A DNA stretch of 64,000 nucleotides from an uncultured Trueperaceae bacterium (lineage in GTDB: Bacteria > Deinococcota > Deinococci > Deinococcales > Trueperaceae): the NCBI GenBank assembly GCA_963799485.1, contig CAWCXJ010000006.1, positions 544,001 to 608,000 of the forward strand, written 5' to 3'. The notes below the pieces were generated by a model. The model was not told where the DNA came from and did no database searches. It worked only from the letters and a program-made list of their open reading frames with translations. The translations under genes and the position numbers were made by a program. Below are positions 1-10,818 of the stretch, piece after piece (positions within the stretch are counted from its first letter, which is position 1; each line of letters starts with the position of its first letter).

Positions 1-706
1 GGGCGTGAGCGTGAGCGAGGCCGCCAGCAAAATGCTCGAGGCGCTCGAGCAAGCGGGCAAGACCAGCGTGCTAGTCGCCCACGGCGCTACCCTCAAAGGC
101 ATCCTGGCCCTGCGCGACGAGCCGCGCGAGGCCGCCAAAGCCGCCATAAGCAAGCTTAAAGAGATAGGCATCAAACACACCGTGATGCTCACCGGCGACA
201 ACCGTTTGGTGGCCGAGGCCATCGGCGCCGAAGTGGGCGTCGATGAAGTCAGGGCCGACCTGTTGCCCGAAGACAAAGTGACGGCCGTCAAAGAACTCAA
301 AGAGCGTTTCGACAAGGTCATCATGATAGGCGACGGCGTCAACGACGCCCCGGCGATGGTCGAGGCGACCACCGGCATCGCCATGGGCGGCGCGGGCACC
401 GACGTGGCCCTGGAAACCGCCGACATCGCCTTGATGGCCGACGACCTCTCGAAGCTGCCCTACGCCCTGTCGCTGTCTCGAGCCAGCCGCCGCATGATCG
501 TGCAGAACTTGTGGATCAGTCTGGGCGTCATCGCTTTCTTGGTGCCGAGCGCTATCTTAGGTTTGGCTACCATCAGCATCGCCATCATCGTCCACGAGGG
601 CAGCACCCTGGTGGTGGTCGTCAACGCGCTCAGACTGCTGGGCTTTAAGGACAAACAAAGCCGCGCGGCCCCAGCGGTCAAGGCCCCGGCAGGTGCGACC
701 CTTTGA
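1..706 (+). CDS. Heavy-metal P1B-type ATPase, C-terminal part (runs off the window start); P1B-4-like
   Basis: MLTGDN, GDGVNDAPA and GTDVALETAD motifs; HEGST in the last TM helix, the P1B-4 signature. Confidence 0.93.
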   Translation, partial: GVSVSEAASKMLEALEQAGKTSVLVAHGATLKGILALRDEPREAAKAAISKLKEIGIKHTVMLTGDNRLVAEAIGAEVGVDEVRADLLPEDKVTAVKELKERFDKVIMIGDGVNDAPAMVEATTGIAMGGAGTDVALETADIALMADDLSKLPYALSLSRASRRMIVQNLWISLGVIAFLVPSAILGLATISIAIIVHEGSTLVVVVNALRLLGFKDKQSRAAPAVKAPAGATL

Positions 707-714
707 GGGGAAAC

Positions 715-1077
715 ATGATTGCCAGCGGGCATTTAGAAGATAACATCATCGTGATTACGGTGAGCAGCACGCTTACAAAAGAAGATTACGAGACCCTCAC
801 ACCGAGGCTCGAGCAAGAGGCCGAGCGTCACGACACGCTGCGCCTCGTCTGGGAGATGCAGGACTTCAGAGGTTGGCAACCCGGCGCGCTGTTAGAGGAC
901 GCCAAACTCGACGCACAGCTAAACGGCAAGGTGACTATGCTTGCAATGGTCGGCGAGACAAGGTGGCAAAGCTGGATGACGCAGCTGACTAGGCCTTTCG
1001 CCTCGGGAGAGGTACGTTACTTCGACGAGACCGAGCGCGGCGCAGCTTACACTTGGATAAGGAGCGGCACCATGTAA
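715..1077 (+). CDS. SpoIIAA-like (STAS/SEC14) domain protein
   Basis: About 120 aa with LT.EDY, F.GW, AMVG...W and VRYF....A..W pattern; start may be 703 or 715. Confidence 0.8.
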   Translation: MIASGHLEDNIIVITVSSTLTKEDYETLTPRLEQEAERHDTLRLVWEMQDFRGWQPGALLEDAKLDAQLNGKVTMLAMVGETRWQSWMTQLTRPFASGEVRYFDETERGAAYTWIRSGTM

Positions 1078-1137
1078 GCGTTTTATCCAAGAACCTCCGT
1101 TTTTAGCCCTCGGCAGTTTGATTTTGATCTTGTTAGC

Positions 1138-1677
1138 TTGAAAGGTGCAAAAGTGTTACAAAAACGACCCTGGCTCATCGCTGTATTCGCTGCCCTGCTC
1201 GCCCTCTTGACGGCGGGTGTCATCATCTTTTACCTCGAGCGCGGGCGCACCGCTACCAACTCCACGAATCCGGCGGCGCTTACGTCAACCACAAACACGT
1301 CTGCACTGCAAGGCTTGACGGCGACGGTTTACAAGTCCCCGACCTGCGGCTGCTGTGCAGGCTACGTCGAGTTCTTAGAGGAGAATGGCGTCACTGTGAA
1401 CGCCGTGGACACGAACGACCTAGCCCAAGTCAAAACTGAAAACGGTGTTCCGTACGCCGCGCAGAGTTGTCACACTACCCTAATAGACGGCTACGTCGTC
1501 GAGGGGCACGTCCCCCTGGCAGCGCTTGAAAAACTCCTCTCGGAACGGCCTGAGATCAGCGGCGTCGCTTTGCCGGGAATGCCGACGGGAACGCCAGGGA
1601 TGGCGGGGTCACAAGTTGGTGTTTTAGAGGTCGTCAGCTTCAAGGAAGGCAACCTGACCCCCTTTATGTCGTTATGA
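1138..1677 (+). CDS. DUF411 (CopG-like) exported metal-binding protein
   Basis: N-terminal TM; YKSPTCGCC, SCHT, VEGHVP and LPGMP.GTPGM motifs. Confidence 0.9.
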   Translation: MKGAKVLQKRPWLIAVFAALLALLTAGVIIFYLERGRTATNSTNPAALTSTTNTSALQGLTATVYKSPTCGCCAGYVEFLEENGVTVNAVDTNDLAQVKTENGVPYAAQSCHTTLIDGYVVEGHVPLAALEKLLSERPEISGVALPGMPTGTPGMAGSQVGVLEVVSFKEGNLTPFMSL

Positions 1678-2097
1678 TTTGGGGTGCATTCGGGGGTGTG
1701 GTGTGGATCCACGGGTAGAAATTATCGCTTGGTTGGTTTTTATGTTCATCGTCTCGGGGTTTCTGGGCTGGCTGGCGCTGGTGGTCTGGCGTAACGACCA
1801 GAAACCCATTCGTCCGGTTCGGCGTAAAGCGGTTCAGGAGCAGGTGGGAAGTGACCCGCCGTCTAAATAACAGAAGTAACAGTCTACGTCTTTAGGTCCC
1901 TCCATCCCGCTAAAGGATAGCTGTGCCAACCAAAAAATGCGCCCTAAGACGCCGGACTCGAACAATCATCCCGACGCTAGAGGATCGTGGTGCATCTTTA
2001 CACGGTACTGAGCAGGTGCAGGCTGAGCAGCCGGTCGGTTTGGGCTAGATAGTTTGTCATGTGCGGCCGCGTATAGCGGCAAGCGGGGGCAGCTTAT

Positions 2098-2512
2098 GAT
2101 CAAAAAACTCGCCATTCCCTTTTTTGTCCTGGTCGCCCTACCCGGCGTGCTGCTGCGCTTCGGCGTCTTCGGCGTGCCCAACTGGGCCGAGGCGCTCGTC
2201 TTCGGCTTCGCCATCATCGGCGCGGCCTTCTTGCTGACCTGGGGGGCGGAACTAGCGCAGCTCGAGGTCAACCAGGGGCTGGCCCTCGCCGCCCTGGCGC
2301 TCATCGCGGTGCTGCCCGAATACGCCGTCGACCTGACCTTCGCCTGGAAAGCCGGCAGCAACCCCGACCAGTTCGCGCCGCTGGCCCTGGCCAACATGAC
2401 CGGGGCCAACCGTCTGCTGATCGGCTTCGGCTGGCCGCTGGTGGTCTTCGTCGCGGCGCTGGCCGCCCGCCTCGAGACCGCCCGGGGCAGCAACGCTTTT
2501 CAGCGTTTATAG
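2098..2512 (+). pseudogene. Truncated CaCA-family cation/H+ (Na+/Ca2+) antiporter, N-terminal third only
   Basis: AVLPEYAVD and [14 protein letters not shown] alpha-1 repeat motifs; ORF ends after about 138 aa with no second repeat. Confidence 0.75.
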
Positions 2513-2518
2513 TGAGCT

Positions 2519-3412
2519 ATGGCCCACGACCACGGTCAAGCTACGCACGGACGCGCCTTCGCCTGGGGCATCGTCCTCAATACCGTTTACGTCATCGTCG
2601 AGGTGACAGTGGGCGTGCTCATCGGCTCCCTGGGCCTCGTCGCCGACGCCGTTCACAACGCCAGCGACGTGCTGAGCCTCATCATCGCCTGGATAGGGAG
2701 CAGGCTCTCGCGCCGCAACCCGAGCGAACGCTTTACCTACGGCTTGAAGCGTTCGCCCATCCTCGCCTCGCTCTTTAACGCGCTGCTGCTGTTCGGCGCC
2801 ATGGGCGCGGTCGCCTGGGAGGCCGTCCGGCGCTTGCAAGACCCGAGCCCGGTGCCCGGCGCGACCATCATCTGGGTGACCTCGGTCGGCCTGGTGGTGA
2901 ACTTCGGCACGGCCTATCTTTTTGTCAAGGGGCGCAAAGACCTCAACATCCGCGGCGCCTTTTTACACATGATAGCGGACGGACTCGTGACCCTGGGCGT
3001 GCTCGTCGCGGGCGTACTCATCATCTTCACAAACGCCATCTGGCTCGATCCGGTCATCAGCCTGGTCATCGTCGTGGTTGTCTTGTGGAGTACCTGGAAC
3101 CTCTTCCGCGACTCCGTTAAATATTCGCTCGACGCCGTACCCGAAAGCATCGCTACGGACGAGGTCAGGGCTTACCTCGCGGGGCTACCCGGCGTCAGCG
3201 AAGTTCACGACCTGCACATCTGGCCCATGAGCACCACCGAGACGGCGTTGACCGCCCACCTGGTCGTTTCTGAAAAGCAGCACAACAACGCGCTGATTCA
3301 GCGTGCCAGCGAAGGGCTGCACGAGCGGTTCGAGATCGTCCACACCACCTTGCAGTTGGAGAGCGGCGAGCCGGAAAGCCCGAGCGGGTTGGCGTCGCAA
3401 GAGGTCGTTTAG
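2519..3412 (+). CDS. czcD: Cation diffusion facilitator (CzcD/ZitB-like)
   Basis: ADAVHNASD, FTYG, NIRGAFLHMIAD, VHDLHIW and HTTLQLE motifs. Confidence 0.92.
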   Translation: MAHDHGQATHGRAFAWGIVLNTVYVIVEVTVGVLIGSLGLVADAVHNASDVLSLIIAWIGSRLSRRNPSERFTYGLKRSPILASLFNALLLFGAMGAVAWEAVRRLQDPSPVPGATIIWVTSVGLVVNFGTAYLFVKGRKDLNIRGAFLHMIADGLVTLGVLVAGVLIIFTNAIWLDPVISLVIVVVVLWSTWNLFRDSVKYSLDAVPESIATDEVRAYLAGLPGVSEVHDLHIWPMSTTETALTAHLVVSEKQHNNALIQRASEGLHERFEIVHTTLQLESGEPESPSGLASQEVV

Positions 3413-3746
3413 TGCCTGCCGAAGTCCAGTCAACGACCTGTTCAACACCTGCTACCGAAGTAGACCCGTCTTTTTGGGCCTTCGGGGTGATGGGGTTTAG
3501 TATCGTGATAGATATGTAGCGCTCACGTTTACTGCCGGCGGCGGCGCACAAGTTTCACAGCAAAGTGCTCGAGGCGGTCGTCTCCTGACACCGGCGGTCA
3601 CCGCTGCCCCTGCCGGGTTTTCCAGCAAGCGGGGCGTTGATGCAGCGCCTAAAAAGCGTTCCGCCGGGGCGTAACGCCTGTCTTTTACGCCGCGTCTACT
3701 TAACGGGGCACATCAAGTATTTGACGAGACACATCAAGGAGATGCT

Positions 3747-4478
3747 TTGAACGACTTTCTGATCGTGATCGGTCTGGCGCTTCTGCCCGCCCTCGGCAAC
3801 TTCGGCGGCGGACTGCTCGCCGAGTGGCTGCGCCCGTCGCAAAAAACGCTCAACCGCGCCCTGCACGCCGCCGCAGGTATCGTTCTCGCCGTCATCGCGG
3901 TCGAGGTGATGCCCGAAGCGCTGCGCGAAACGTCGGCGTGGCTGCTCGCGGGGGCGTTTCTGGCGGGCGGCGGCGCTTACCTGCTCGTCGAGGCCGGCGT
4001 CGAGAGGTGGCAGCGGAACCAGGAGGCGAGCGCGGGCGCGGGTGCCTGGATGGTGTACGTGGCCGTCGCTACCGACCTCATGGGCGACGGTCTGCTGATC
4101 GGCGCGGGGTCGGCGATCTCGAGTCAGGTAGGTCTGGTGCTGGCGCTCGGTCAGGTTCTGGCGGACATCCCGGAAGGCTTCGCAGTGATCGCCAACTTCC
4201 GCGCCAAGGGCGTAGGGCGGGCGAGGCGGCTGCTTATATCCGCATCGTTCGCTGCGCCGGTGGTGGTCGCCGCGGTGCTCGCTTTTTTCCTCTTGCGCGG
4301 GCAGGGCGAACCTTTGCAGATGGCCGCCCTGGTTTTTGTCGCCGGGCTCTACACGCTCGCCGCCGTAGAGGACATGCTGCGCGAGGCGCACGAGAGCGCC
4401 GAGGACAGCCGCTGGTCGGCGATCAGCTTTCTGGCGGGGTTTGCGCTCTTCCTGGTCGTGTCGGGTGGGCTCGGGTGA
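3747..4478 (+). CDS. ZIP-family metal transporter (ZupT/GufA-like)
   Basis: Multiple TM helices; HAAAGIVLA, DGLLIGA and ADIPEGFA; AAGGAG RBS before the TTG start. Confidence 0.85.
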   Translation: MNDFLIVIGLALLPALGNFGGGLLAEWLRPSQKTLNRALHAAAGIVLAVIAVEVMPEALRETSAWLLAGAFLAGGGAYLLVEAGVERWQRNQEASAGAGAWMVYVAVATDLMGDGLLIGAGSAISSQVGLVLALGQVLADIPEGFAVIANFRAKGVGRARRLLISASFAAPVVVAAVLAFFLLRGQGEPLQMAALVFVAGLYTLAAVEDMLREAHESAEDSRWSAISFLAGFALFLVVSGGLG

Positions 4479-4718
4479 GCTTCCTGTTGAGCTTTTTGTC
4501 GGCAGCGCCCCGCGCCCGATAAAGCTTTCCCGGCTAAAAATCATACCGATTCCGATTGATTCATCTGCACACATGTCGATCTGAGCGCAGCGAATAGGAA
4601 CGAAAATACGGCTCGAGCGCTACGGACTTTCGCTGAGAAAAAGCCTCGGTGATGGGGAACCGAGCGGGCTCCGTATCACCTGCTGCTTGCGCGCGGGCAG
4701 TTCGGGCAGCACTCGAGC

Positions 4719-4747
4719 TTGACATTCGTCACATAACAGTTTACTTT
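4719..4747 (+). promoter_or_regulatory. sigma70-type promoter of the cadC-like gene
   Basis: TTGACA-N17-TACTTT, 7 nt before the ATG at 4755. Confidence 0.6.
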
Positions 4748-4754
4748 TATAGAC

Positions 4755-5147
4755 ATGGAAATGAAAGCCGACCCTGAAGTGCAGGCGCGCCGTCCTCGCG
4801 TAGATGATACCTGCGAGGTATTCGTCTTCAACCCGGAGGTGGTCGCCGCCGTCAAGCGCGACATGAGAGACGTGTCGGCCACCGCCGCGCTCTTCAAGGC
4901 GCTCGCCGACGAAAGCCGCTGCGTCATACTCACCGCCCTGACGATGAGCCGTGAGTTGTGTGTCTGCGACCTCGCCGAGATCGCCGGGCTGGCCCTGCCC
5001 ACGGTGTCGCACCACCTGCGGAAGCTCAAGCAGCAAGACCTGGTGGCGTCGCGGCGCGAGGGGAAACTGGTGTTTTACCGGCTGACGAGCGACGACGCGC
5101 GCCTGCTGCTGCGCGTCGCTGCGACGCGCAGGGCGGTGGCGACGTGA
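4755..5147 (+). CDS. cadC: ArsR/SmtB metalloregulator, CadC-like
   Basis: N-terminal TCEVF, FKALAD, ELCVCDLA (alpha3 site), SHHLRKL and RREGKLVFY. Confidence 0.85.
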   Translation: MEMKADPEVQARRPRVDDTCEVFVFNPEVVAAVKRDMRDVSATAALFKALADESRCVILTALTMSRELCVCDLAEIAGLALPTVSHHLRKLKQQDLVASRREGKLVFYRLTSDDARLLLRVAATRRAVAT

Positions 5148-5264
5148 GCGCCCTCTTTTTTTGCCGATTCGATTCGATATTTGTAAAAGTGAAGGGTGAG
5201 ACGGTTAGCCTGCGTGTCGGCTCGTAACGCACGCCAAACTTGCCGCCGAGAAAGAGAGTAGAAG

Positions 5265-7398
5265 ATGGACCCAACCGCAAACTATAGAGACGGCGAGAGG
5301 GTGCAGGCCCTCGAGCTGCGCGTCGCCAACCTGGACTGCGACAGCGACGCGGCCAAGCTCGAGCGCGGCCTGCAAAACGCGCGCGGGATAGAGACGCTCC
5401 GGGTCTACCCGAAAGCCGCCAAGGTCGCCATCACCTACACGCCGGAGACGACCCCGGACGAACTCAAGGCGCAGCTTACGCGCCTGGGCTTTCCGGCACA
5501 GGAGGGCCGGGCCATGCCCGAGCAGCCCGCCTTCTGGCGCAACCCGAAGGTGCTCACCTCGCTCGCCTCGGGCGCGCTGCTGCTCGTCGGCTGGCTGCTC
5601 GGCTTTGCGGGCGTGCCCGAACTCGTACCGACGCTTCTTTTCTGGAGCGCCATCGCCGTGGGCGGCTACTACTTCGGGCGTGAGGCCCTCGAAGAGCTGT
5701 TTTTCGAGCGCGAGATCGGCATCGAGCTGCTCATGACCATCGCCGCCCTCACCGCGGCGCTCCTCGGGCAGGTCTTCGAGGGTGGTGTGCTGGTCTTTCT
5801 CTACTCCATCTCCGAGGCGTTGGAGGGCTACACCGAAGCGAAAACCCGCTCCGCGGTCAAGGCGCTCATGGACCTCGCCCCGAAGATGGCGCTGGTCCGG
5901 CGTGACGGGCGCGAGGAGGAGGTGCCCGTCGAGGAGCTAAGGGTCGGCGAGGTGTTCATCGTCCGGCCCGGCCAGGCGGTGGCGACCGACGGCGAGGTTC
6001 TGCAGGGCAGCTCGAGCGTCAACCAGGCCCCCGTCACCGGCGAGAGCGTGCCCGTTTCCAAAGAGGCAGGCGGCGAGGTGTTCGCGGGCAGCATCAACGG
6101 CGAGGGCGTTTTGGAGGTAAAGGCGACCCGCTCCTTCGCCGACAACACCATCAGCCGCATCATCCACTTGGTCGAGGAGGCGCAGGAGAAAAAGGGCCAG
6201 GGTCAGCGCTTTATCGAGCGCTTCGGGTCGCGCTACAGCCCGGTGGTGCTGCTCGTCGGTGTGCTGCTCGCGCTCGTCCCGCCGCTGCTCTTCGGCGCGC
6301 TCCTGGGAGACCTGGCTGGTGCGCGCCACCATCTTCATCGTGGCCGCCGCGCCCTGCGCGCTTGTCATCTCGATTCCCGTCACGATGGTGGCGGCGCTCG
6401 GTACGGGGGCGCGTCAGGGCGTGCTCGTCAAGGGCGGCTTGTATCTCGAAGAACTTAGTAAGGTCCGGGTGGTGGCGCTCGACAAAACCGGCACCCTCAC
6501 CAGGGGCGAACCCGAGGTGACCGACGTGGTGCCGCTCGGTGGGCGCGCCGAGCGGGAGCTGCTCGCGGTCGCCGCAGGCGTCGAGCGCTACAGCCAGCAC
6601 CCGCTCGCGCGGGCCGTCCTCCGGTACGCTGAAGCGCAGGGCGTGCCCCCCGCGGCGGCAGAAGACTTTCAGTCGCTCACGGGGGCGGGCGCGTCCGCGC
6701 GCGTAGGCGGGGAGCCGGTGTATATCGGCAGCCCCGACCTGTTCAGCTCGCGCTTCGGTCTTTCGCTCGAGGCGGCGCAGGACGACGTCGCGCGCCTTCA
6801 GGAGGCGGGCAAGACGGTGGTGCTGGTGGGCGACGAGCAGCGCGTCTGGGGTCTGCTGGCGATTCGTGACAACCTCCGCGCGAACGCCCGCACCGCCGTG
6901 AGTGCGCTGCACGACCTCGGGGTCGAGGTCGTCATGTTGACCGGGGACAATCAGCGCACCGGCGCGGCGATCGCCCGCGAGGCGGGGGTGGACGAGGTCT
7001 TCGCCGACCTGAAGCCGGAGGGCAAGGTCGAACGGGTGCGCGAACTCGAGCGCCGCTACGGTCACGTGGTGATGGTCGGCGACGGCGTCAACGACGCGCC
7101 GGCGCTCGCCGAAGCGACGGCGGGCGTGGCGATGGGCGCAGCCGGGACGGACGTGGCGATGGAGACCGCCGACGTGGTGCTGATGGCCGACGACTTAGAA
7201 AAGCTCGTCTACGCCCTCAAGCTCGCCAAGCGCACCCGGCACGTGGTGAACCAGAACCTGGCCTTGTCCGCCGTGGTGATTGCCGTGCTCGTCATCGGGG
7301 CTGTTGGGGGCTGGTTCACGCTGCCGGTCGCCGTTTTGGGGCACGAGATCAGCGAGTTCGTGGTGGTCGGCAGCGGTCTCAGGATGCTGCGCGCGTGA
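5265..7398 (+). pseudogene. Heavy-metal P1B ATPase (CadA/ZntA-like) with a +1 frameshift near 6300
   Basis: Frame 1 has the HMA-like N-terminus and TGES; frame 2 has APC, DKTGTLT, HP and GDGVNDAP; removing one C from ggcgcgCtcctgg restores FGASWETWL. Confidence 0.88.
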
Positions 7399-7547
7399 GA
7401 CTCACGGCCCGCTGGCGCTTCGCCCTGCCGCCCACGCTGCTCGCCCTGGCCTGGGCGGCGCTCGACCAGGCGTTCAAGCTCTACACCCTCGCCGCCGTGC
7501 CCCCTTACCCCGAGCGGCTCGAGCCTCATTTCACACACTGCTTTTGA
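7395..7547 (+). pseudogene. Signal peptidase II (lspA) N-terminal remnant
   Basis: GTGA overlap with the ATPase stop; hydrophobic stretch then ALDQAFK (DQxxK motif); only 50 aa. Confidence 0.6.
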
Positions 7548-7679
7548 AGGGTTCTACCGGAGACGCGGTAACGATATCGGTGTGTTGGCTGCCAAGCAGC
7601 GGCTGAACCCAATCCTGACTATAATGGTAGACATTAAAGGCCGGAAGACGGTATAGTTCTCTTCGATGGGGCTGCAACG

Positions 7680-8027
7680 ATGATTGATCACAAAACCGCT
7701 GTTACCAACCGCACCCGCTACGCGCTGCTAAATGACCGCCGGCGAGCACTCTTTGAACTCCACAAGCTGACCGAAACGATTCGCGCGCACGAGCGTTATG
7801 CGGCGGCGACCGAGGCTTCTCCGGGACTGACCGGTCTTGTCGACGACGGTCTGGCAAGTACTTCCGGCGACCTCTGTGGTCGTGCGTGCCAGGCGAGTTT
7901 AAGCGTACTCGAGCAAGACCTCAGGCGTCTTTACAAAAGCCTGGCTGAGCTGGCTAAAGTGTGGGTAGGACTCGAGGACGCTCAAAACCTGGAGCCGCTG
8001 GTTGCTGCCTACTACGAAGCGTTCTGA
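7680..8027 (+). CDS. Hypothetical helical protein
   Basis: 115-aa ORF with TATAAT/TATAGT boxes upstream; no recognisable motif. Confidence 0.5.
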   Translation: MIDHKTAVTNRTRYALLNDRRRALFELHKLTETIRAHERYAAATEASPGLTGLVDDGLASTSGDLCGRACQASLSVLEQDLRRLYKSLAELAKVWVGLEDAQNLEPLVAAYYEAF

Positions 8028-8139
8028 AAACCAACTAAACCATGACGAGCGCTGCTTAGACATTCGGCGCTCGTTTTTTACGGCGTAACCGGGGCGAACG
8101 GGCAGGTCTGACACCACGGTTCTTTTTTATTTGGGCACG

Positions 8140-8567
8140 TCAAAATCTTTTACGGCGTTTGGTCGTTTTCATACTCCATCGTCAAACTGTGTAGATACTG
8201 AAGCCGACCGACTTCCAAAAAGCTATACCGCCCGGATTGCCAGCAAGAACCTCGAGGCGGATGTTACCTTTCCAAACAGCTTCGCTGAGTTTTTGTATCG
8301 CCAGTTTGCCCAATCCCTGACGGCGAAAAGCCGATACGATAACAAAGTGACGCAGGTAGAGCCAATTGGCGTCTCGACGAAAAAGCACGTACCCGATGAC
8401 TTCAGCGTCTTGGATGATAAGAGCGCGGTACTTCCCGGTCAGCCACCCGCTCATGCGCCTTCGGCAAGGGTCATCGGATTACGGTGTCCCTCATCCTGGA
8501 TGAGCTGCTGATTCATCTCAGCAAGCAGCTGAACAGCAGCCTCGGTCTTCGGTTCTCGGAACGTCAC
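8140..8567 (-). pseudogene. GNAT acetyltransferase, frameshifted twice
   Basis: VTFRE...LAEMNQQLIQDEGHRNPM in one frame, MSGWL...RRQGLG...N..GIAFW..VGF in another, then YSLTMEY after a further shift. Confidence 0.65.
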
Positions 8568-8592
8568 CGTAAATCACCTACACGTAACTGCT

Positions 8593-9213
8593 CTATCTGA
8601 GCGCGTCTAAAACCTCGCGGCGCAGCTCGGCGTCTTCCTGAAACACGCCCCGCGTCGTGAGGGTGCGGGTCATTGAACCCTGTTTTTGCACCCCGCGCAT
8701 CATCATACAGAGGTGGCTCGCCTCGGTCACGACGGCAACGCCTTTAGGAGCCAGCGTTTGGGCTAGCGCGTCGGCAATCTCGACGGTGAGGCGCTCTTGT
8801 ACCTGTAAACGTCGCGCAAACATATCGACGATACGGGCAAACTTAGATAGCCCCAAAATTGTCCGGTCAGGCAAGTAGGCGATATGTGCGCGCCCAAAAA
8901 AAGGGAGCAGATGATGCTCGCAGAGCGAGTAGAACTCGACATCGCGGACAACGACGAGTTCTGCACCCTCAGCTTGAAACAGTGCGCCGTTTACGGCACT
9001 CTCGAGCTTCAAACTGTAGCCACTCGTTAAAAACCGCAGTGAACGCTCGACGCGTTCGGGTGTGTTTTTCAGACCTTCACGGGCGACATCTTCACCGAGT
9101 CCGGCAATCAGCTCGGCAATCAGGGGCTCGAGAAACGTCCCGGTCAGTTCGTCCAGCATAGGTTCTGTGGCTGGCTCTATGGTTGGCTCTGTAAGCGTCG
9201 GTAGCTGGCTCAT
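8593..9213 (-). CDS. folE: GTP cyclohydrolase I
   Basis: [34 protein letters not shown] and HLCMMMRGV. Confidence 0.96.
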   Translation of the reverse strand: MSQLPTLTEPTIEPATEPMLDELTGTFLEPLIAELIAGLGEDVAREGLKNTPERVERSLRFLTSGYSLKLESAVNGALFQAEGAELVVVRDVEFYSLCEHHLLPFFGRAHIAYLPDRTILGLSKFARIVDMFARRLQVQERLTVEIADALAQTLAPKGVAVVTEASHLCMMMRGVQKQGSMTRTLTTRGVFQEDAELRREVLDALR

Positions 9214-9374
9214 GGAGGTTTCTTTCTGCTCTGCGGCGTGGTGCAAGGTGCTGTCTTGTTACTGCACCGTCCAAAGAAAAGTGTACGGGTACAGTGCTCA
9301 GCCCGACGTAAGCCGTTTGACAGCCGGGACAGTTTAGAGGGTTCCGGTTGGCCCAAGCGTACCCAAGAGACACC

Positions 9375-10049
9375 TTAAAAAGGCGTAAAGGCGACCGGGC
9401 GCGGCGTCCAGAGCGGTTCGCCGTAAGCTGCCCCGATAAACGTCCCCCAATAGGCGGCGCGCCCACGTCTGCGCCGGTACACGTCCGGCGTCACCGTTTC
9501 AGAGGCGGCCTCGCCGGTAAATTGACTTTTGTAACAACGCACCGCCGCTTCCCACACATCGACGTACTCACTCGTGTCAACCACGAGCGTCGCCTCGAAA
9601 GGGCCGTTACCCATATAAAAAAACAGATGTTCGGGTTTGTACGGTTCGCCCGAGAGCGGACTGTTGGCGAGCCCTGCGAGATGTACCGCTGCCGGGATGA
9701 TGTGCGCCGCTGCTACATGGTCGGGGTGGCGGTCGTTTTCAAACGGCCCGACGACGACGCGGGGTCTAAGTTCGCGCAAAATCCTGGCGAGCTGTAGCCG
9801 CCGGTCTTCACTGTCTAAAATCCGCGAATCGGGCCAGCCCAGATTACGCCGCACATCGAGACCGAGTACCTCGGCTGCGGCAGCGGCTTCTTCTGCGCGC
9901 TCTTCAGGTGTGCCTTTGGTCGCTGCTTCACCTCTGGTCAAATCGATAATACCGGTGCTACGTCCCTCGGCGCGGGCCCGGGCGAGACTCCCGCCCATGC
10001 CGAGTTCGGCGTCGTCGGGGTGTGGGCTTATAACCAGAAAGTCAAGCAC
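9375..10049 (-). CDS. bshB1: Bacillithiol biosynthesis deacetylase (PIG-L family)
   Basis: HPDDAELGMGG, DLTRGE, DRHPDH and YKSQF. Confidence 0.88.
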   Translation of the reverse strand: MLDFLVISPHPDDAELGMGGSLARARAEGRSTGIIDLTRGEAATKGTPEERAEEAAAAAEVLGLDVRRNLGWPDSRILDSEDRRLQLARILRELRPRVVVGPFENDRHPDHVAAAHIIPAAVHLAGLANSPLSGEPYKPEHLFFYMGNGPFEATLVVDTSEYVDVWEAAVRCYKSQFTGEAASETVTPDVYRRRRGRAAYWGTFIGAAYGEPLWTPRPVAFTPF

Positions 10050-10677
10050 GGCGGGCTTCTTGCTTCGCTTCGGTAGTGTCTTTGTCTTTCATACCCAGTC
10101 GCCTTTCGCTTCCCTCTGCCAGTCGTTTGATGTTTTCCCGGTGCTGAACGACGACGAGTAGCAGCAGCATCAGCACCAGAAAAAGTTGCGGCACGCTAAA
10201 GGGACGCATCACTAAAAAGAGGGGCGCGCTAAACAGCGCGACCACCGACCCGAGCGAAACGTAGCGGCCCAGCGCAATCGTCAAAATCCCGATAGCTGAG
10301 GCGGCGAGCGTTACGACCGGAATGATAGCGAGGCCGACGCCGAGACTCGTCGCGACGCCCTTACCGCCGCGCCAACCTAAAAAGATATTGAAGTTGTTGC
10401 CTAAAACAGTTGCCAGCCCTGCCAAAACCAGACCCCATTCGCTGACGCCGACGATATCGGCAATTAAAATTGAGAGCATCGCCTTGAGCGGATCGGCCAA
10501 CACGACGAGCAGCGCAGGCCAGAGCCCGACCGAACGCAGCACATTGGTCGCGCCGATATTACCACTGCCGACCTTCTGGATATTGACGCCGTAGGCTTTG
10601 GCGACGAAATACCCTGTCGGAAAACTACCGATAAGGTAGCCAGCTACAAGGCAGAGGGCAAAGATGAATACGTTCAC
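10042..10677 (-). CDS. plsY: Glycerol-3-phosphate acyltransferase
   Basis: YLIGS, GSGNIGATNVLR, GGKGVAT and HRENIKRL..GSE. Confidence 0.95.
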   Translation of the reverse strand: MNVFIFALCLVAGYLIGSFPTGYFVAKAYGVNIQKVGSGNIGATNVLRSVGLWPALLVVLADPLKAMLSILIADIVGVSEWGLVLAGLATVLGNNFNIFLGWRGGKGVATSLGVGLAIIPVVTLAASAIGILTIALGRYVSLGSVVALFSAPLFLVMRPFSVPQLFLVLMLLLLVVVQHRENIKRLAEGSERRLGMKDKDTTEAKQEARRA

Positions 10678-10818
10678 GACCCTCCTCCTAGAGTGCCAAC
10701 CGCCGTATTGCCTAACGCCTCAAGCGCCTGCACCGTCTTCATAGGTCAATTGTACATGCTTGGGAGTCGTTGTCTGCGCGGCGCGTACAGCAGTGAGCAG
10801 CGCGCGGTAGGCTGGGTT

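Noticed and set aside
1679..1870. Small membrane protein ORF
   Set aside because: Plausible single TM, but no clear start or RBS and no motif; not supportable
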